Source of the DNA: Mycobacterium sp.
GTDB lineage: Bacteria; Actinomycetota; Actinomycetes; Mycobacteriales; Mycobacteriaceae
DNA: 64,000 bases
Assembly (NCBI GenBank): GCA_036263935.1
Contig: DATARY010000104.1
Span: forward strand, 14,961-78,960
Direction: 5' to 3'
A program made the position numbers and the translations under genes. The notes under the pieces were generated by a model. The model made no database searches. It saw only the letters and a program-made list of their open reading frames with translations, and was not told the origin of the DNA. This document shows positions 10,576 to 20,605 of this stretch, piece after piece; positions within the stretch are counted from its first letter, which is position 1, and each line of letters begins with the position of its first letter.

Positions 10576-10596
10576 GTCGTCAGGTTACGAGCCGGG

Positions 10597-11664
10597 TCAA
10601 CCGGTTAAGTACCGCCGAAGCATCTCCGTCGCGGCGGTGATCTGCGAGACGTCGACACGCTCGTCGACGCGGTGCGCGAAGTTGGGATCGCCCGGCCCGT
10701 AGTTCACCGCGGGGATGCCCAACGCCGCGAACCGTGCGACGTCGGTCCAGCCGTACTTGGCGCGGACCCGCCCACCGGCGGCGTCGACGAGCGCGGCGGC
10801 GGCAGGCTTGGTCAGGCCCGGCAGCGCTCCCGCGGCCGAGTCGATCAGCTCGAGCGCCACGTCCAGCCCGTCGAAGACCTCAAGGACGTGTTTGAGGGCC
10901 TGCTCGACGCTGCGGTCGGGCGCGAAGCGGAAGTTCACCGTCACCGAGGCGGAATCGGGTATGACATTGCCTGCGATCCCGCCGTCGATCCGCACCGCGG
11001 ACAGACCTTCGCGATACGTGCAACCGTCGATATCAACGGTGCGGGCCCGATATGCCGACAGCCGGGCCAGCACATCACCGAGTTTGTGAATCGCGTTGTC
11101 GCCCAACCATGATCGCGCGGAGTGCGCGCGGGTGCCAGCGGCCCTGACGACAACGCGCAAGGTGCCCTGACAGCCGGCCTCGATGTATCCGCCGGATGGT
11201 TCGCCGAGGACGGCGACGTCGGCCTGCAGCCACTCGGGCAGCTCGCGTTCGATGCGGCTCAAACCGTTGGCGGCAGCTTCGATTTCCTCACAGTCGTACA
11301 TCACCAGCGTGATGTCGTGACTGGGCTCGGCGACGGTAGCGGCCAGATGCAGGAAAACCGCATCGCCGGACTTCATGTCCGACGTTCCGCAGCCGTGTAG
11401 CTCGCCGTCAACCAGACGACTGGGCACGTTATCCGCGGCCGGGACAGTGTCGGTGTGACCGGCCAGCAGCACCCGCGACGGCCGGTCGAGCTTTGTGCGG
11501 GCCAGCACGGCTTCGCCGTTACGGACGATCTCGAATCCCGACGTCTGCATGCGCAGCGCGTCCTCGATCTCGTCGGCGATGCGCTGCTCGTGGCGCGACT
11601 CGCTGGGGATATCCACCAACGCCGCGGTCAGCGCGATCGGATCGCCGCGCAAATCCAGCCCCAC
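10597..11664 (-). CDS. dapE: Succinyl-diaminopimelate desuccinylase
   Basis: [27 protein letters not shown]; GTG 11664 after TAACGT -10. Confidence 0.94.
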   Translation of the reverse strand: MGLDLRGDPIALTAALVDIPSESRHEQRIADEIEDALRMQTSGFEIVRNGEAVLARTKLDRPSRVLLAGHTDTVPAADNVPSRLVDGELHGCGTSDMKSGDAVFLHLAATVAEPSHDITLVMYDCEEIEAAANGLSRIERELPEWLQADVAVLGEPSGGYIEAGCQGTLRVVVRAAGTRAHSARSWLGDNAIHKLGDVLARLSAYRARTVDIDGCTYREGLSAVRIDGGIAGNVIPDSASVTVNFRFAPDRSVEQALKHVLEVFDGLDVALELIDSAAGALPGLTKPAAAALVDAAGGRVRAKYGWTDVARFAALGIPAVNYGPGDPNFAHRVDERVDVSQITAATEMLRRYLTG

Positions 11665-11689
11665 AAGTCTTGACGTTAGTCTTAGCGCC

Positions 11690-12634
11690 GTGACTTCTGC
11701 TGCAGGCGTCGGCCTTGCGACCATCGCCGCCGACGGGTCGGTCCTCGATACGTGGTTCCCCGCCCCCGAGCTGGACGCCGACGGACCGTCCGGCACGGTG
11801 CAGCTGTCGGTCGCCGAGGCGCCCGAGGAACTGGCCACACTGCTGGGCCGCGACGAGGATCGAAGCGTCGAGACGGTCGCCGTGCGCACGGTGATCGCGT
11901 CGCTGGACGACAAGGCGACCGACGCGTATGACGTCTACCTGAGGCTGCACCTGTTGTCGCATCGGCTGGTGGCCCCGCACGGGCTGAATGCCGACGGTTT
12001 CTTCGGCGTGCTGAGCAATGTGGTGTGGACCAGCCATGGCCCGTGCGCGGTGGAGGGATTCGAGACCGTCCGGGCCAAGCTGCGCCGCCGAGGACCGGTG
12101 ACGGTCTACGGCGTCGACAAGTTCCCGCGGATGGTCGATTACGTCGTGCCGTCGGGGGTGCGGGTCGCCGATGCGGACCGCGTGCGGCTGGGTGCACACC
12201 TGGCATCGGGCACCACGGTGATGCACGAGGGTTTCGTCAACTTCAACGCCGGCACGCTGGGCAGCTCGATGGTGGAGGGCCGAATCTCGGCAGGCGTGGT
12301 CGTCGACGACGGCTCCGACATCGGCGGCGGCGCGTCGATCATGGGCACGCTGTCCGGCGGTGGCACACAGGTCATCTCGGTGGGCAAGCGGTGCCTGCTT
12401 GGTGCTAATGCCGGGCTTGGCATCTCACTCGGCGACGACTGCGTCATCGAGGCCGGCCTGTATGTCACGGCTGGGACGAAGGTGCAGACCGCGGACGGCC
12501 AGACGGTCAAGGCCCGAGAGCTGTCCGGCGCGAACAACCTTCTGTTCCGGCGCAATTCGGTCTCCGGAGCGGTCGAGGTCGTCAAGCGCGACGGGTCGGG
12601 CATCACGCTCAACGAGGCCCTGCACGCCAACTGA
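11690..12634 (+). CDS. dapD: Tetrahydrodipicolinate N-succinyltransferase
   Basis: [38 protein letters not shown], hexapeptide repeats. Confidence 0.95.
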   Translation: MTSAAGVGLATIAADGSVLDTWFPAPELDADGPSGTVQLSVAEAPEELATLLGRDEDRSVETVAVRTVIASLDDKATDAYDVYLRLHLLSHRLVAPHGLNADGFFGVLSNVVWTSHGPCAVEGFETVRAKLRRRGPVTVYGVDKFPRMVDYVVPSGVRVADADRVRLGAHLASGTTVMHEGFVNFNAGTLGSSMVEGRISAGVVVDDGSDIGGGASIMGTLSGGGTQVISVGKRCLLGANAGLGISLGDDCVIEAGLYVTAGTKVQTADGQTVKARELSGANNLLFRRNSVSGAVEVVKRDGSGITLNEALHAN

Positions 12635-12648
12635 CTTGCGTTAGCACG

Positions 12649-14034
12649 CTACAGCCAGGGCTTGCGCCAGCCGGGGTGGCCGGCGAGGAGCTTGTCTGCC
12701 GCCGGTGGTCCCCACGACCCGGGCTTGTAGGGCTGCACCGGCGGTGGTGCGTCGAGCAGCGGTTGGACGATGCGCCAGGTCTCTTCGACGCCGTCCTCCC
12801 GGGCGAACTGGCTGGAGTCTCCGCGCATCGCATCACTGAGCAGCCGCTCGTACGGTTCGGGCGCCTCCCCGAGCTCCTCGGCGAAGATCAGCGACAGGTC
12901 CACCGTGCGGGTGCGGTTGGCGCCGGGCTGCTTGGCTTGAATGATCAAATCGGTACCCGCGTTGGGATCGATGCGCAGCACGAATTCGTCGGGATCCGGG
13001 GCCAGCGAGGTGATCGCCAGCTTGGGCGGACGCTTGAAAATGATCCGGATCTCGGTGTCCGTCACCGGCAGGGCCTTGCCGGCCCGGAGGAAAAACGGAA
13101 CTCCCGACCAGCGCCAATTGTCGATCTCCAGCCGGAGCGCGGCGAACGTCTCGGTCTGCGAGTCGGGTTGCACCCCCGTGATGGAGCGGTACCCGTCGTA
13201 CTGGCCGCGCACGTAATGCGCGGGGTCCGCCGAGGGCATCGCGCGGAACACCTCCGCGCGTTTGTCGCGCAACCCGTCGGCGTCGGCGACGCTGGGCGGC
13301 TCGGTGGCGAACAGCCCGATCAGCTGCAGTAGATGGTTCTGCACCACGTCGCGCAGCGCCCCGACCGGATCGTAGAAACTGCCCCGGTCCTCGACCCCGA
13401 AGTTCTCGGCCATGGTGATCTGCACGCTCTGGATCCGGTCGCGATTCCACAGCGGCTCGAGCACCGTGTTGGCGAACCGCAGAAACATGATGTCCATCGC
13501 CGGTTCCTTGCCCAGGAAGTGGTCGATGCGAAAGATCTGCCACTCCTCCAGCACGCCACGTAGCTGGTCGTTGAGCGCCCGGGCCGACGCCAGGTCGTGG
13601 CCGAAGGGCTTTTCCACCACGACCCGGGCGCGCGACGTGAGGTTGGCATGCGCCAGACTCTCCACGACGCCGCCGAACAACGACGGCGGTATCTCGAGGT
13701 AGAACACCGGCGTATGCCTGCCTTCGATGGCCTTAGCCACCCGGTCATACGTTTTCGCGTCGGCGAAATCACCCGACACCATCGACAGGCGCTTCGCGAA
13801 CCGGGCGAACACGTCCTCGTCGATCGACTCGCCGCTCCCCTCGATCGCCTGGCGGGCATGGTCGCGCAGGGCCGCCACCGACCAGTCGTCGCGGGCGACT
13901 CCGACGATCGGACAGTCCAGCAGGCCGCGACGCTCCAGCCGGTACAGCGACCGGAAGGTCATCTTCTTGGCCAGATCCCCGGTGATGCCGAAGATCACAA
14001 GCACGTCGGCAGTCGTCGTCCCCGGTGCGGCCAT
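12649..14034 (-). CDS. zwf: Glucose-6-phosphate dehydrogenase
   Basis: [34 protein letters not shown]. Confidence 0.95.
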   Translation of the reverse strand: MAAPGTTTADVLVIFGITGDLAKKMTFRSLYRLERRGLLDCPIVGVARDDWSVAALRDHARQAIEGSGESIDEDVFARFAKRLSMVSGDFADAKTYDRVAKAIEGRHTPVFYLEIPPSLFGGVVESLAHANLTSRARVVVEKPFGHDLASARALNDQLRGVLEEWQIFRIDHFLGKEPAMDIMFLRFANTVLEPLWNRDRIQSVQITMAENFGVEDRGSFYDPVGALRDVVQNHLLQLIGLFATEPPSVADADGLRDKRAEVFRAMPSADPAHYVRGQYDGYRSITGVQPDSQTETFAALRLEIDNWRWSGVPFFLRAGKALPVTDTEIRIIFKRPPKLAITSLAPDPDEFVLRIDPNAGTDLIIQAKQPGANRTRTVDLSLIFAEELGEAPEPYERLLSDAMRGDSSQFAREDGVEETWRIVQPLLDAPPPVQPYKPGSWGPPAADKLLAGHPGWRKPWL

Positions 14035-14039
14035 GGCGG

Positions 14040-15068
14040 CTACTTCTTCTCCGCGTGGCCGCCGAATTCACTGCGCATCGCGGAGAGGACCTTGCCGGTG
14101 AACTCGCCGAGCTCGCGCGACTCGAACCGTTCGAACAGCGACGTGGTGATGACCGGCGCGGGAACCTCCTCGTCCACCGCGGCCAGCACAGTCCAGCGGC
14201 CTTCCCCAGAGTCCGACACCCGCCCGCTGAAGTCGTCGAGCTGAGGTGAACGGGCCAGCGCCTCGGCGATCAAGTCGACCAACCACGACGAAACCACCGA
14301 TCCGCGCCGCCAGACCTCAGCCACCTCCCCGACGTCGATCGCGTACTGGTACGCCCACGGATCGCGCAGCGGAGTCGTTTCGGCGTCGACTGTGCGGTTG
14401 ACCGTGCCGGCATTGGCGTGCTTGATGATGCTGAGCCCCTCCGCGATGGCGGCCATCATCCCGTACTCCACCCCGTTGTGCACCATCTTCACGAAATGTC
14501 CGGCCCCGCTGGGCCCGCAGTGAAGATACCCATCGGCCGCGGTGCCATCGGTGCGCGTGCGGCTGGGGGTCGGCTCTGCGCTTCCCTCTCCAGGGGCGAT
14601 CGTCTTGAAGATCGGGTCGAGCCGCGTGACGACTTCGGTCTCGCCACCGATCATCAGGCAGTAGCCACGTTCGAGTCCCCAGACCCCGCCGCTGGTGCCG
14701 CAGTCGACGTAGTGGATGTTCTTCGCCAGCAGGTTCTTGGCCCGGGTGATGTCGTCGCGGTAGTAGGAGTTTCCGCCGTCGATCACGGTGTCACCGGGCT
14801 CAAGCAGACCCACCAGCTGATCCAACGTCGCGTCCACCACCGCCGCCGGGAGCATCAGCCACACCGCGCGGGGCTTCTCCAACTTCTCAACGAACTCACG
14901 CAAGGACGCCGCACCCGTCGCGCCCTCGGCGGCCAGTTTCGTCACGGCCGCGGAGGTCATGTCGTAGACCACGCAGCGATGCCCATCACGCATCAGGCGC
15001 CGGACCAGGTTGGCGCCCATCCGGCCTAGCCCTACCATGCCCAACTGCATGGGTGTGTCGGTTGCCAT
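14040..15068 (-). CDS. gnd: 6-phosphogluconate dehydrogenase, short decarboxylating type
   Basis: [43 protein letters not shown]; AAGGAGG RBS. Confidence 0.93.
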   Translation of the reverse strand: MATDTPMQLGMVGLGRMGANLVRRLMRDGHRCVVYDMTSAAVTKLAAEGATGAASLREFVEKLEKPRAVWLMLPAAVVDATLDQLVGLLEPGDTVIDGGNSYYRDDITRAKNLLAKNIHYVDCGTSGGVWGLERGYCLMIGGETEVVTRLDPIFKTIAPGEGSAEPTPSRTRTDGTAADGYLHCGPSGAGHFVKMVHNGVEYGMMAAIAEGLSIIKHANAGTVNRTVDAETTPLRDPWAYQYAIDVGEVAEVWRRGSVVSSWLVDLIAEALARSPQLDDFSGRVSDSGEGRWTVLAAVDEEVPAPVITTSLFERFESRELGEFTGKVLSAMRSEFGGHAEKK

Positions 15069-15083
15069 GTCCCTCCTTGGCCG

Positions 15084-15220
15084 TCAGATCGATTGGCGGT
15101 AGCCGTAGAACTCGTGGTTCCCGTTGTAGCCACCCTGGCTCGAGACCAGGTGCTCGAAGCCTTCCACGAACTCGGCGGCCTCGATCCATTTAACGTCTTT
15201 GAAGCCCAAACTCGAGTTCT
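15084..15220 (-). pseudogene. C-terminal remnant of a molybdopterin-dependent oxidoreductase
   Basis: LGFKDVKWIEAAEFV...QGGYNGNHEFYGYRQSI resembles the C-terminus of sulfite-oxidase-like proteins (recalled); rest of gene absent. Confidence 0.65.
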
Positions 15221-15341
15221 TTGCGTACCCGCGGCATGACGGATCATTGCCGCCCATGCCTGAACTGTCGGTGTCGCTGTGCATTCGCTGTGTATCGAGT
15301 ACTCGTTGGTCCGAGTGTGCGCACTCCCTCTCGAAGCCTGA

Positions 15342-17801
15342 TCACGAACGCACCCTCGCATTGGCCGCATCGTAGATCGGCTTGAGCGAAATCGAGATCG
15401 GATACAGGTCGCCGCCGACGTTGACCCGATAGCTGCCGGAGTTCACCCAGTCGGCGGTGACGACCGAATTGTCCGACGCGCGAACGTAGGCCAGGCCGAC
15501 ACACGCGCCGGTCTTCTCGCCCCACGCCGCCGACGTGACCTGACCGGCGACAGCGCCGTCGCGCTGCACCAGCTCGCCGCCCCACAGCATTGGCTCCGAT
15601 GCATCGACGCGGAATCCGATCAGCCTCTTTCGCGGCCCTTCGGCCTTGGCCTTCTCGAGCGTCTCGCGACCGAGGAACGCGATGTCAGTCTTGAGCTTGC
15701 ACGCGAACAGCAGACCGGCCTCGACGGGGTTCTCGCTGGGCGTCAGTTCACGCCCGAACGCACGGTAGCCCTTCTCCAGCCGCAATGACTCGATCGCGTA
15801 ATAGCCGCCGCGGCCGATGCCGAACTGGGTGCCCGCCGCCATCAGGTTCTCGTACACGCCGACGGCGAACTCGGCGGGAATGTATAGCTCCCAGCCCAGT
15901 TCACCGACATATGTTACGCGGGTGGCCCGCACAGTCGCGTATCCCAGCGAGATCTGTTGACTGGTACTGAATCCGAACGCATCGCCGGACAGGTCAGCGG
16001 TCGTCAGGGTGGACAACAGGTCCCTCGACCTGGGGCCCATCACGCCGAACACCGCGTATGCGGACGTGACGTCGACGAGCGTCGCACGCGCGCCCTCGGG
16101 CATATTTTTGCGGATGTGGTCCTTATCGCGCTCGGTGGTGGCGGCGCTGCTGACGATCAGGAACTCCTCGGCGCCGGTGCGGGTCACCGTCACATCCGAC
16201 TCGTAGGTGCCGCGTGCGTTGAGCATTCCGGTGTACACGGACCTCCCGACCGGCACGCCGACGTCGGCCGTGCACAGCCACTGCAGCGCTTGCTCAGCGT
16301 CCTTGCCGACCATCAGGTACTTGGAGAACGAGGTCTGATCGAACACCGTCACGTTCGTGCGAGTGTTGGCCTGCTCGGCGGCCGACCATGGCAGCCAGTT
16401 CGGCTTGCCCCACGTGTACTCGATCGTCGGCGTAGTGCCTGTCGGCGCGAAGAAATTGGCCCGCTCCCATCCCATCTTGCTGCCGAAGTTGGCGTTGGCG
16501 GCCTCCAGCAAGTGATGCACCGGGGAGCGCCGGAATGGCCGGGCGGTCGCCATTTCCCGGTTGGGCCAAGGGACTTCGTAGTGCAGGCCGAGGATCTCGG
16601 CGACCCGGTCATGCAGCCAGCGGTTGTTGCCGTTGAACGGGGCGAACCGGCGGATGTCGACGGCGGTGAGGTCGCCGGACGGCGCGCCCTCGACGATCCA
16701 TTCCGCAAGCGCCCGCCCGGCGCCTCCGGCGGTCGCGATGCCGACAGAGTTGAACCCGGCGCCGACGAAGAAGTTGGCGACCTCGGGTGCCTCGCCGAGG
16801 ATGAACTGGTTGTCGGGCGTGAAGCTTTCCGGACCGTTGTAGAACTTTTTGATGCCGGTCACCTCGAGCGCGGGTATCCGCAACAGCGCGTTGTTCATCA
16901 GGATCTCGAAGTGGTCCCAATCCTCTCCCAGGAGTTGGAATTCGAAGGGGTACGGGATCTTGTCCGGCGCGACCCACGGCTTGGCTTCTGGTTCGAAGCC
17001 GCCGATCACAAGCCCGCCGACCTCTTCCTTGAAGTAGGTGTAGCCATCAGGGTCCCGCAGGATCGGAAGATCGGGATGGACGCCGTCGATATGTTGACTG
17101 ACGACGTAGAAGTGCTCGGCGGAGTGTAGCGGGACGTTGACGCCGGCCAACGCGCCGACCTGCTTGGCCCACTGGCCCGCGCAGTTGACGACGATCTCAG
17201 CCTCGATGTCGCCCGCATCCGAGCGGACGCCGGCGATCCGCCCGTTGTCGGTGAGAACGTCGAGGACCCTGATCCTTTCGATGATCCGCGTGCCGCGCAT
17301 CCTGGCCCCTTTGGCCAGCGCGAAGGTCAGGTCGGTCGGGTTGGCCTTGCCGTCGGCGGGCAGCCAGATCGCCCCGACGAGGTCGTCGACCCGCATCACC
17401 GGATAGTGGTCGAGGGCCTGCTCGGGCGTGAGCAGTTCGCATACCATGTTGAACGCCGCGGCGTTGGCGGCTGTGCGGCGCAGCTGAATCATCCGGTCCG
17501 CGGTACGCGCAACCGTGACTCCCCCGCATTGCTTGTACCCCGCGGACAATCCGACCTCGTTCTCGAGTTCGGTGTACAGCTGCGTGGAGTACTGCACGAG
17601 CCGCGTCGCGCTCTCCGAGGCCCTCAGCTGGCCGACCAGACCAGCGGCATGCCACGTTGTGCCACCCGATAATTGCCCCTGCTCGAGCAGCACGACGTCG
17701 GTAAGGCCCAGCTTGGTCAGGTGGTAAGCGACGCTGGTGCCGATCACCCAGCCGCCGATGATGACGACGTGTGCGCGGTCAGGAAGCTTATTCGTTGGCA
17801 T
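15342..17801 (-). CDS. GcvT-family flavoprotein (dimethylglycine/sarcosine dehydrogenase-like)
   Basis: GTTWHAAG, LRDPD, NGPESFTPD, GWERAN, TYVGELGWE, LRLEKGY; FAD motif reads GGWVIG. Confidence 0.9.
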   Translation of the reverse strand: MPTNKLPDRAHVVIIGGWVIGTSVAYHLTKLGLTDVVLLEQGQLSGGTTWHAAGLVGQLRASESATRLVQYSTQLYTELENEVGLSAGYKQCGGVTVARTADRMIQLRRTAANAAAFNMVCELLTPEQALDHYPVMRVDDLVGAIWLPADGKANPTDLTFALAKGARMRGTRIIERIRVLDVLTDNGRIAGVRSDAGDIEAEIVVNCAGQWAKQVGALAGVNVPLHSAEHFYVVSQHIDGVHPDLPILRDPDGYTYFKEEVGGLVIGGFEPEAKPWVAPDKIPYPFEFQLLGEDWDHFEILMNNALLRIPALEVTGIKKFYNGPESFTPDNQFILGEAPEVANFFVGAGFNSVGIATAGGAGRALAEWIVEGAPSGDLTAVDIRRFAPFNGNNRWLHDRVAEILGLHYEVPWPNREMATARPFRRSPVHHLLEAANANFGSKMGWERANFFAPTGTTPTIEYTWGKPNWLPWSAAEQANTRTNVTVFDQTSFSKYLMVGKDAEQALQWLCTADVGVPVGRSVYTGMLNARGTYESDVTVTRTGAEEFLIVSSAATTERDKDHIRKNMPEGARATLVDVTSAYAVFGVMGPRSRDLLSTLTTADLSGDAFGFSTSQQISLGYATVRATRVTYVGELGWELYIPAEFAVGVYENLMAAGTQFGIGRGGYYAIESLRLEKGYRAFGRELTPSENPVEAGLLFACKLKTDIAFLGRETLEKAKAEGPRKRLIGFRVDASEPMLWGGELVQRDGAVAGQVTSAAWGEKTGACVGLAYVRASDNSVVTADWVNSGSYRVNVGGDLYPISISLKPIYDAANARVRS

Positions 17802-18724
17802 CAGTCGGCGGCCTGTGCATCGCCGAGCAGCCGGGAAAAGTACGGGGCCTTGAACTCGGCGACGGCAGCCTCATATCGCTCCATCGCCCACCCCCAGAAG
17901 TCGTATTCGACAGCACTTGACGCGCTTTGGATGCAACCCCACAGCGTCCAGCCGTACTTGGCCACAATGCCCTGCAGGTGGGCGCGGGCAATTCTGTGAC
18001 GCAGCCGGCGACCGTAGTAGGCCGTGACGAGCTCGTCGAGCTGGTCGGTGGACAGCCCGCATTCGCTCCATACATTGCCCAGCTCGAAACACGGGTCGTT
18101 GTTGCCGGAGTACTCGTAGTCGATCAACCAGACCCGGCCGCCATCTTCGATGAAGTTGCCTGCGAGCAGGTCGTTGTTGCAGGGCACGGTGGTCTGGTCG
18201 GTGGCCGTCAGCACCTGTTCGATCTCGGTGAACGTGTCGGCGTGGTCGAGGTAGTCATGCGGGATCTTGAATCCGTTGTCCTGGGCGGTTTTCAGATAAC
18301 TGGGCTGGCGTTCGAACATGTCGAACCGGCCACGGAACCGCGGTCCAACATGCAGCGTCCGGCAGCCCGCGGCGACCATGGCGAGCACCCCGGGTCGTTG
18401 AAAGTCGTGATTGCACAACGTCTTTCCGCTGAGGTACCCGAGAAGAAGGATGCCGAGGTCGGGGCGGTAGTCGATCACCGGTGCGCCGACACCGGCCTGC
18501 TCCGCGGCCTTGGAGTTGTAGTGCTCCTGGTCGCGGTCGATGCCGAGCAGGTTGCGGGTGGTGTCGGTGCAGCGGGCCACGTAGACGCCGTCCGGGGTGG
18601 TGACCTTGATGTTGCGGTTGGTCAGCCCGCCGGCGAGTTCCTGCAGCTCCCGCGGTCGCCCGGCGAGCACGGGAATCTCCTCGAGCAGCTCGTTCATCTG
18701 GGCGTCGGAGAGCTGGAGCGACAC
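17801..18724 (-). CDS. Choline/ethanolamine kinase family protein
   Basis: GGLTNRN, CNNDLLAGNFI, IDYEYSG, FELGN; TGATG coupling to GcvT gene. Confidence 0.88.
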   Translation of the reverse strand: MSLQLSDAQMNELLEEIPVLAGRPRELQELAGGLTNRNIKVTTPDGVYVARCTDTTRNLLGIDRDQEHYNSKAAEQAGVGAPVIDYRPDLGILLLGYLSGKTLCNHDFQRPGVLAMVAAGCRTLHVGPRFRGRFDMFERQPSYLKTAQDNGFKIPHDYLDHADTFTEIEQVLTATDQTTVPCNNDLLAGNFIEDGGRVWLIDYEYSGNNDPCFELGNVWSECGLSTDQLDELVTAYYGRRLRHRIARAHLQGIVAKYGWTLWGCIQSASSAVEYDFWGWAMERYEAAVAEFKAPYFSRLLGDAQAAD

Positions 18725-18788
18725 GGACTCACTGTAGGCCGTCCAAGGTTGCCCAGACGCGTGAAGTCGTCGGCCTTAGGGTCGAGGA

Positions 18789-20201
18789 ATGAATCGCCTC
18801 GACCGGTTCTTCGAGATCTCGGCACGTCGGTCGACGATGGCCGCCGAGATACGCGGCGGCGTGGTCACGTTCATCGCGATGGCGTACATCATCGTGCTGA
18901 ACCCGATCATCCTGTCGAGCCCGCAAGATGTCGTGGGCAACAAGCTGGACTTCGCGCAAGTGTCGGCGACGACATCGCTCGCCGCGGGCGTCATGACGAT
19001 CTTGTTCGGCGTCTTCGCGAGGCTCCCATTCGCGTTCGCCGCGGGACTGGGCATCAACTCATTCCTCGCGACCACCGTGGTGGGCTCGCTGACCTGGCCC
19101 GAGGCGATGGGCCTCGTCGTCATCAACGGTCTGATCATCGTGATCCTCGCGGTGACCGGGTTGCGCAGGCTCGTCTTCGACGCGGTACCGATGCAGCTCA
19201 AGCTGGCGATCACCGCGGGTATCGGACTTTTCATCCTGTTCATCGGGCTCGTCGACGCCGGCTTCATCGGCTCCACCGGGCGGCCGTCGCCACCCGTCGG
19301 GCTCGGCGCGGGCGGGGTTGGGTCGATCAGCACGGTCCCGACGGTTGTGTTTGTGTTCACCCTGTTGGCGGCGGGCATCCTCGTCGTTAGGAAGGTGCGG
19401 GGCGGCATCCTGATCGGACTCGTGGCGGGCACCGTCGTCGCGGTCGTCATCGAGGCGATCTGGCACCTCGGGTCTGCGGTCGAGCACCCGGGCGGCTGGA
19501 GTCTGTCGGTGCCGACGCTGCGCGGATCGCCGTTCGCACTCCCCGACCTGTCCCTGGTCGGGGAGTTCAGCCTCAACAGTTTTGGTCGTATCGGTGTGCT
19601 GGCCGCCGTCATACTGGTGTTCACGTTGGTTTTCGCGAACTTCTTCGATGCGATGGGAACGTTCACCGGCCTGTCGCGTGAGGCGGGCCTCGCCGACTCC
19701 CGGGGCACGTTTCCCCGACTGCGCTCGGCCCTGATCGTCGAGGGCGCGGGCGCGGTCGTCGGCGGGGCGATGTCGGCGTCGTCCAACACCGTTTTCATCG
19801 AGTCGGGTGCGGGCATCGAGGAGGGCGCGCGCACCGGCTTTGCGAACCTGATCACCGGTGTGCTGTTCCTCGCCGCGATGTTCGTGGCGCCGTTGGCGTC
19901 GATCGTGCCGACTGAGGTCGCCGCCGCGGCGTTGGTCATCGTCGGCGCGATGATGGCGTCGCACCTGCGCCATATCGAGCTGTCAGAGTTCTCGGTGGCG
20001 CTGCCCGTCGTGCTGACGGTGGCGGTCATGCCGTTTAGCTATTCGATTGCCAACGGCATCGGTGTCGGTTTCATCGCGTGGGTTGTCTTGCGCTCGGCCG
20101 CAGGCAAGGCCCGCGAGATCAGCCCACTTCTCTGGATCGTCGCCGCTGGCTTCCTCGTGTACTTCGCGCGCACGTGGATCGAGTCGCTCGTCGGCTTGTG
20201 A
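18789..20201 (+). CDS. NCS2/AzgA family purine permease
   Basis: TFIAMAYII, GLGIN, FFDAMGT, FIESGAGIEEGARTG, YSIANGIG; multiple TMs. Confidence 0.92.
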   Translation: MNRLDRFFEISARRSTMAAEIRGGVVTFIAMAYIIVLNPIILSSPQDVVGNKLDFAQVSATTSLAAGVMTILFGVFARLPFAFAAGLGINSFLATTVVGSLTWPEAMGLVVINGLIIVILAVTGLRRLVFDAVPMQLKLAITAGIGLFILFIGLVDAGFIGSTGRPSPPVGLGAGGVGSISTVPTVVFVFTLLAAGILVVRKVRGGILIGLVAGTVVAVVIEAIWHLGSAVEHPGGWSLSVPTLRGSPFALPDLSLVGEFSLNSFGRIGVLAAVILVFTLVFANFFDAMGTFTGLSREAGLADSRGTFPRLRSALIVEGAGAVVGGAMSASSNTVFIESGAGIEEGARTGFANLITGVLFLAAMFVAPLASIVPTEVAAAALVIVGAMMASHLRHIELSEFSVALPVVLTVAVMPFSYSIANGIGVGFIAWVVLRSAAGKAREISPLLWIVAAGFLVYFARTWIESLVGL

Positions 20202-20251
20202 CGCTACCCAGCCGCGTTGGGCTTCAGCGGCGGCATGTAACTGCCGCATCG

Positions 20252-20605
20252 TCAGTCCTCCGGAGCCAGGATGCAGAACTCGTTGCCCTCAGGGTCGGCG
20301 AGCACCACCCAGCTCTCGTCGCCGCGCTGACCGACGTCGACGCGGCGGGCGCCCATACCGATCACCCGGTCGACCTCGGCCTGCTGGTCATCGGGCCGAA
20401 AGTCCAGATGGATGCGGTTCTTCACCATCTTCTCGTCAGGGACGGCGATGAATATCCAGTTGGGTCCGGCGCCGGGCGGGGCGGTCAGCACGACGTCGCC
20501 GTCGTCGTCGATGTGTCGCGGCCAGTCCAGCACGGTCGACCACCAGGTGCCCAGCGCGGTGGCGTCGTGGGCATCGATGCAGATCTCGTCGAACTTCAGT
20601 GCCAT
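20252..20605 (-). CDS. VOC/glyoxalase family protein
   Basis: KNRIHLD, WVVLADPEGNEFC. Confidence 0.9.
   Translation of the reverse strand: MALKFDEICIDAHDATALGTWWSTVLDWPRHIDDDGDVVLTAPPGAGPNWIFIAVPDEKMVKNRIHLDFRPDDQQAEVDRVIGMGARRVDVGQRGDESWVVLADPEGNEFCILAPED

Noticed and set aside
11495-11913. Apparent head-to-head overlap of extended dapE and dapD ORFs
   Set aside because: Conserved N-termini and -10 boxes place the starts at 11664 and 11690, with no overlap
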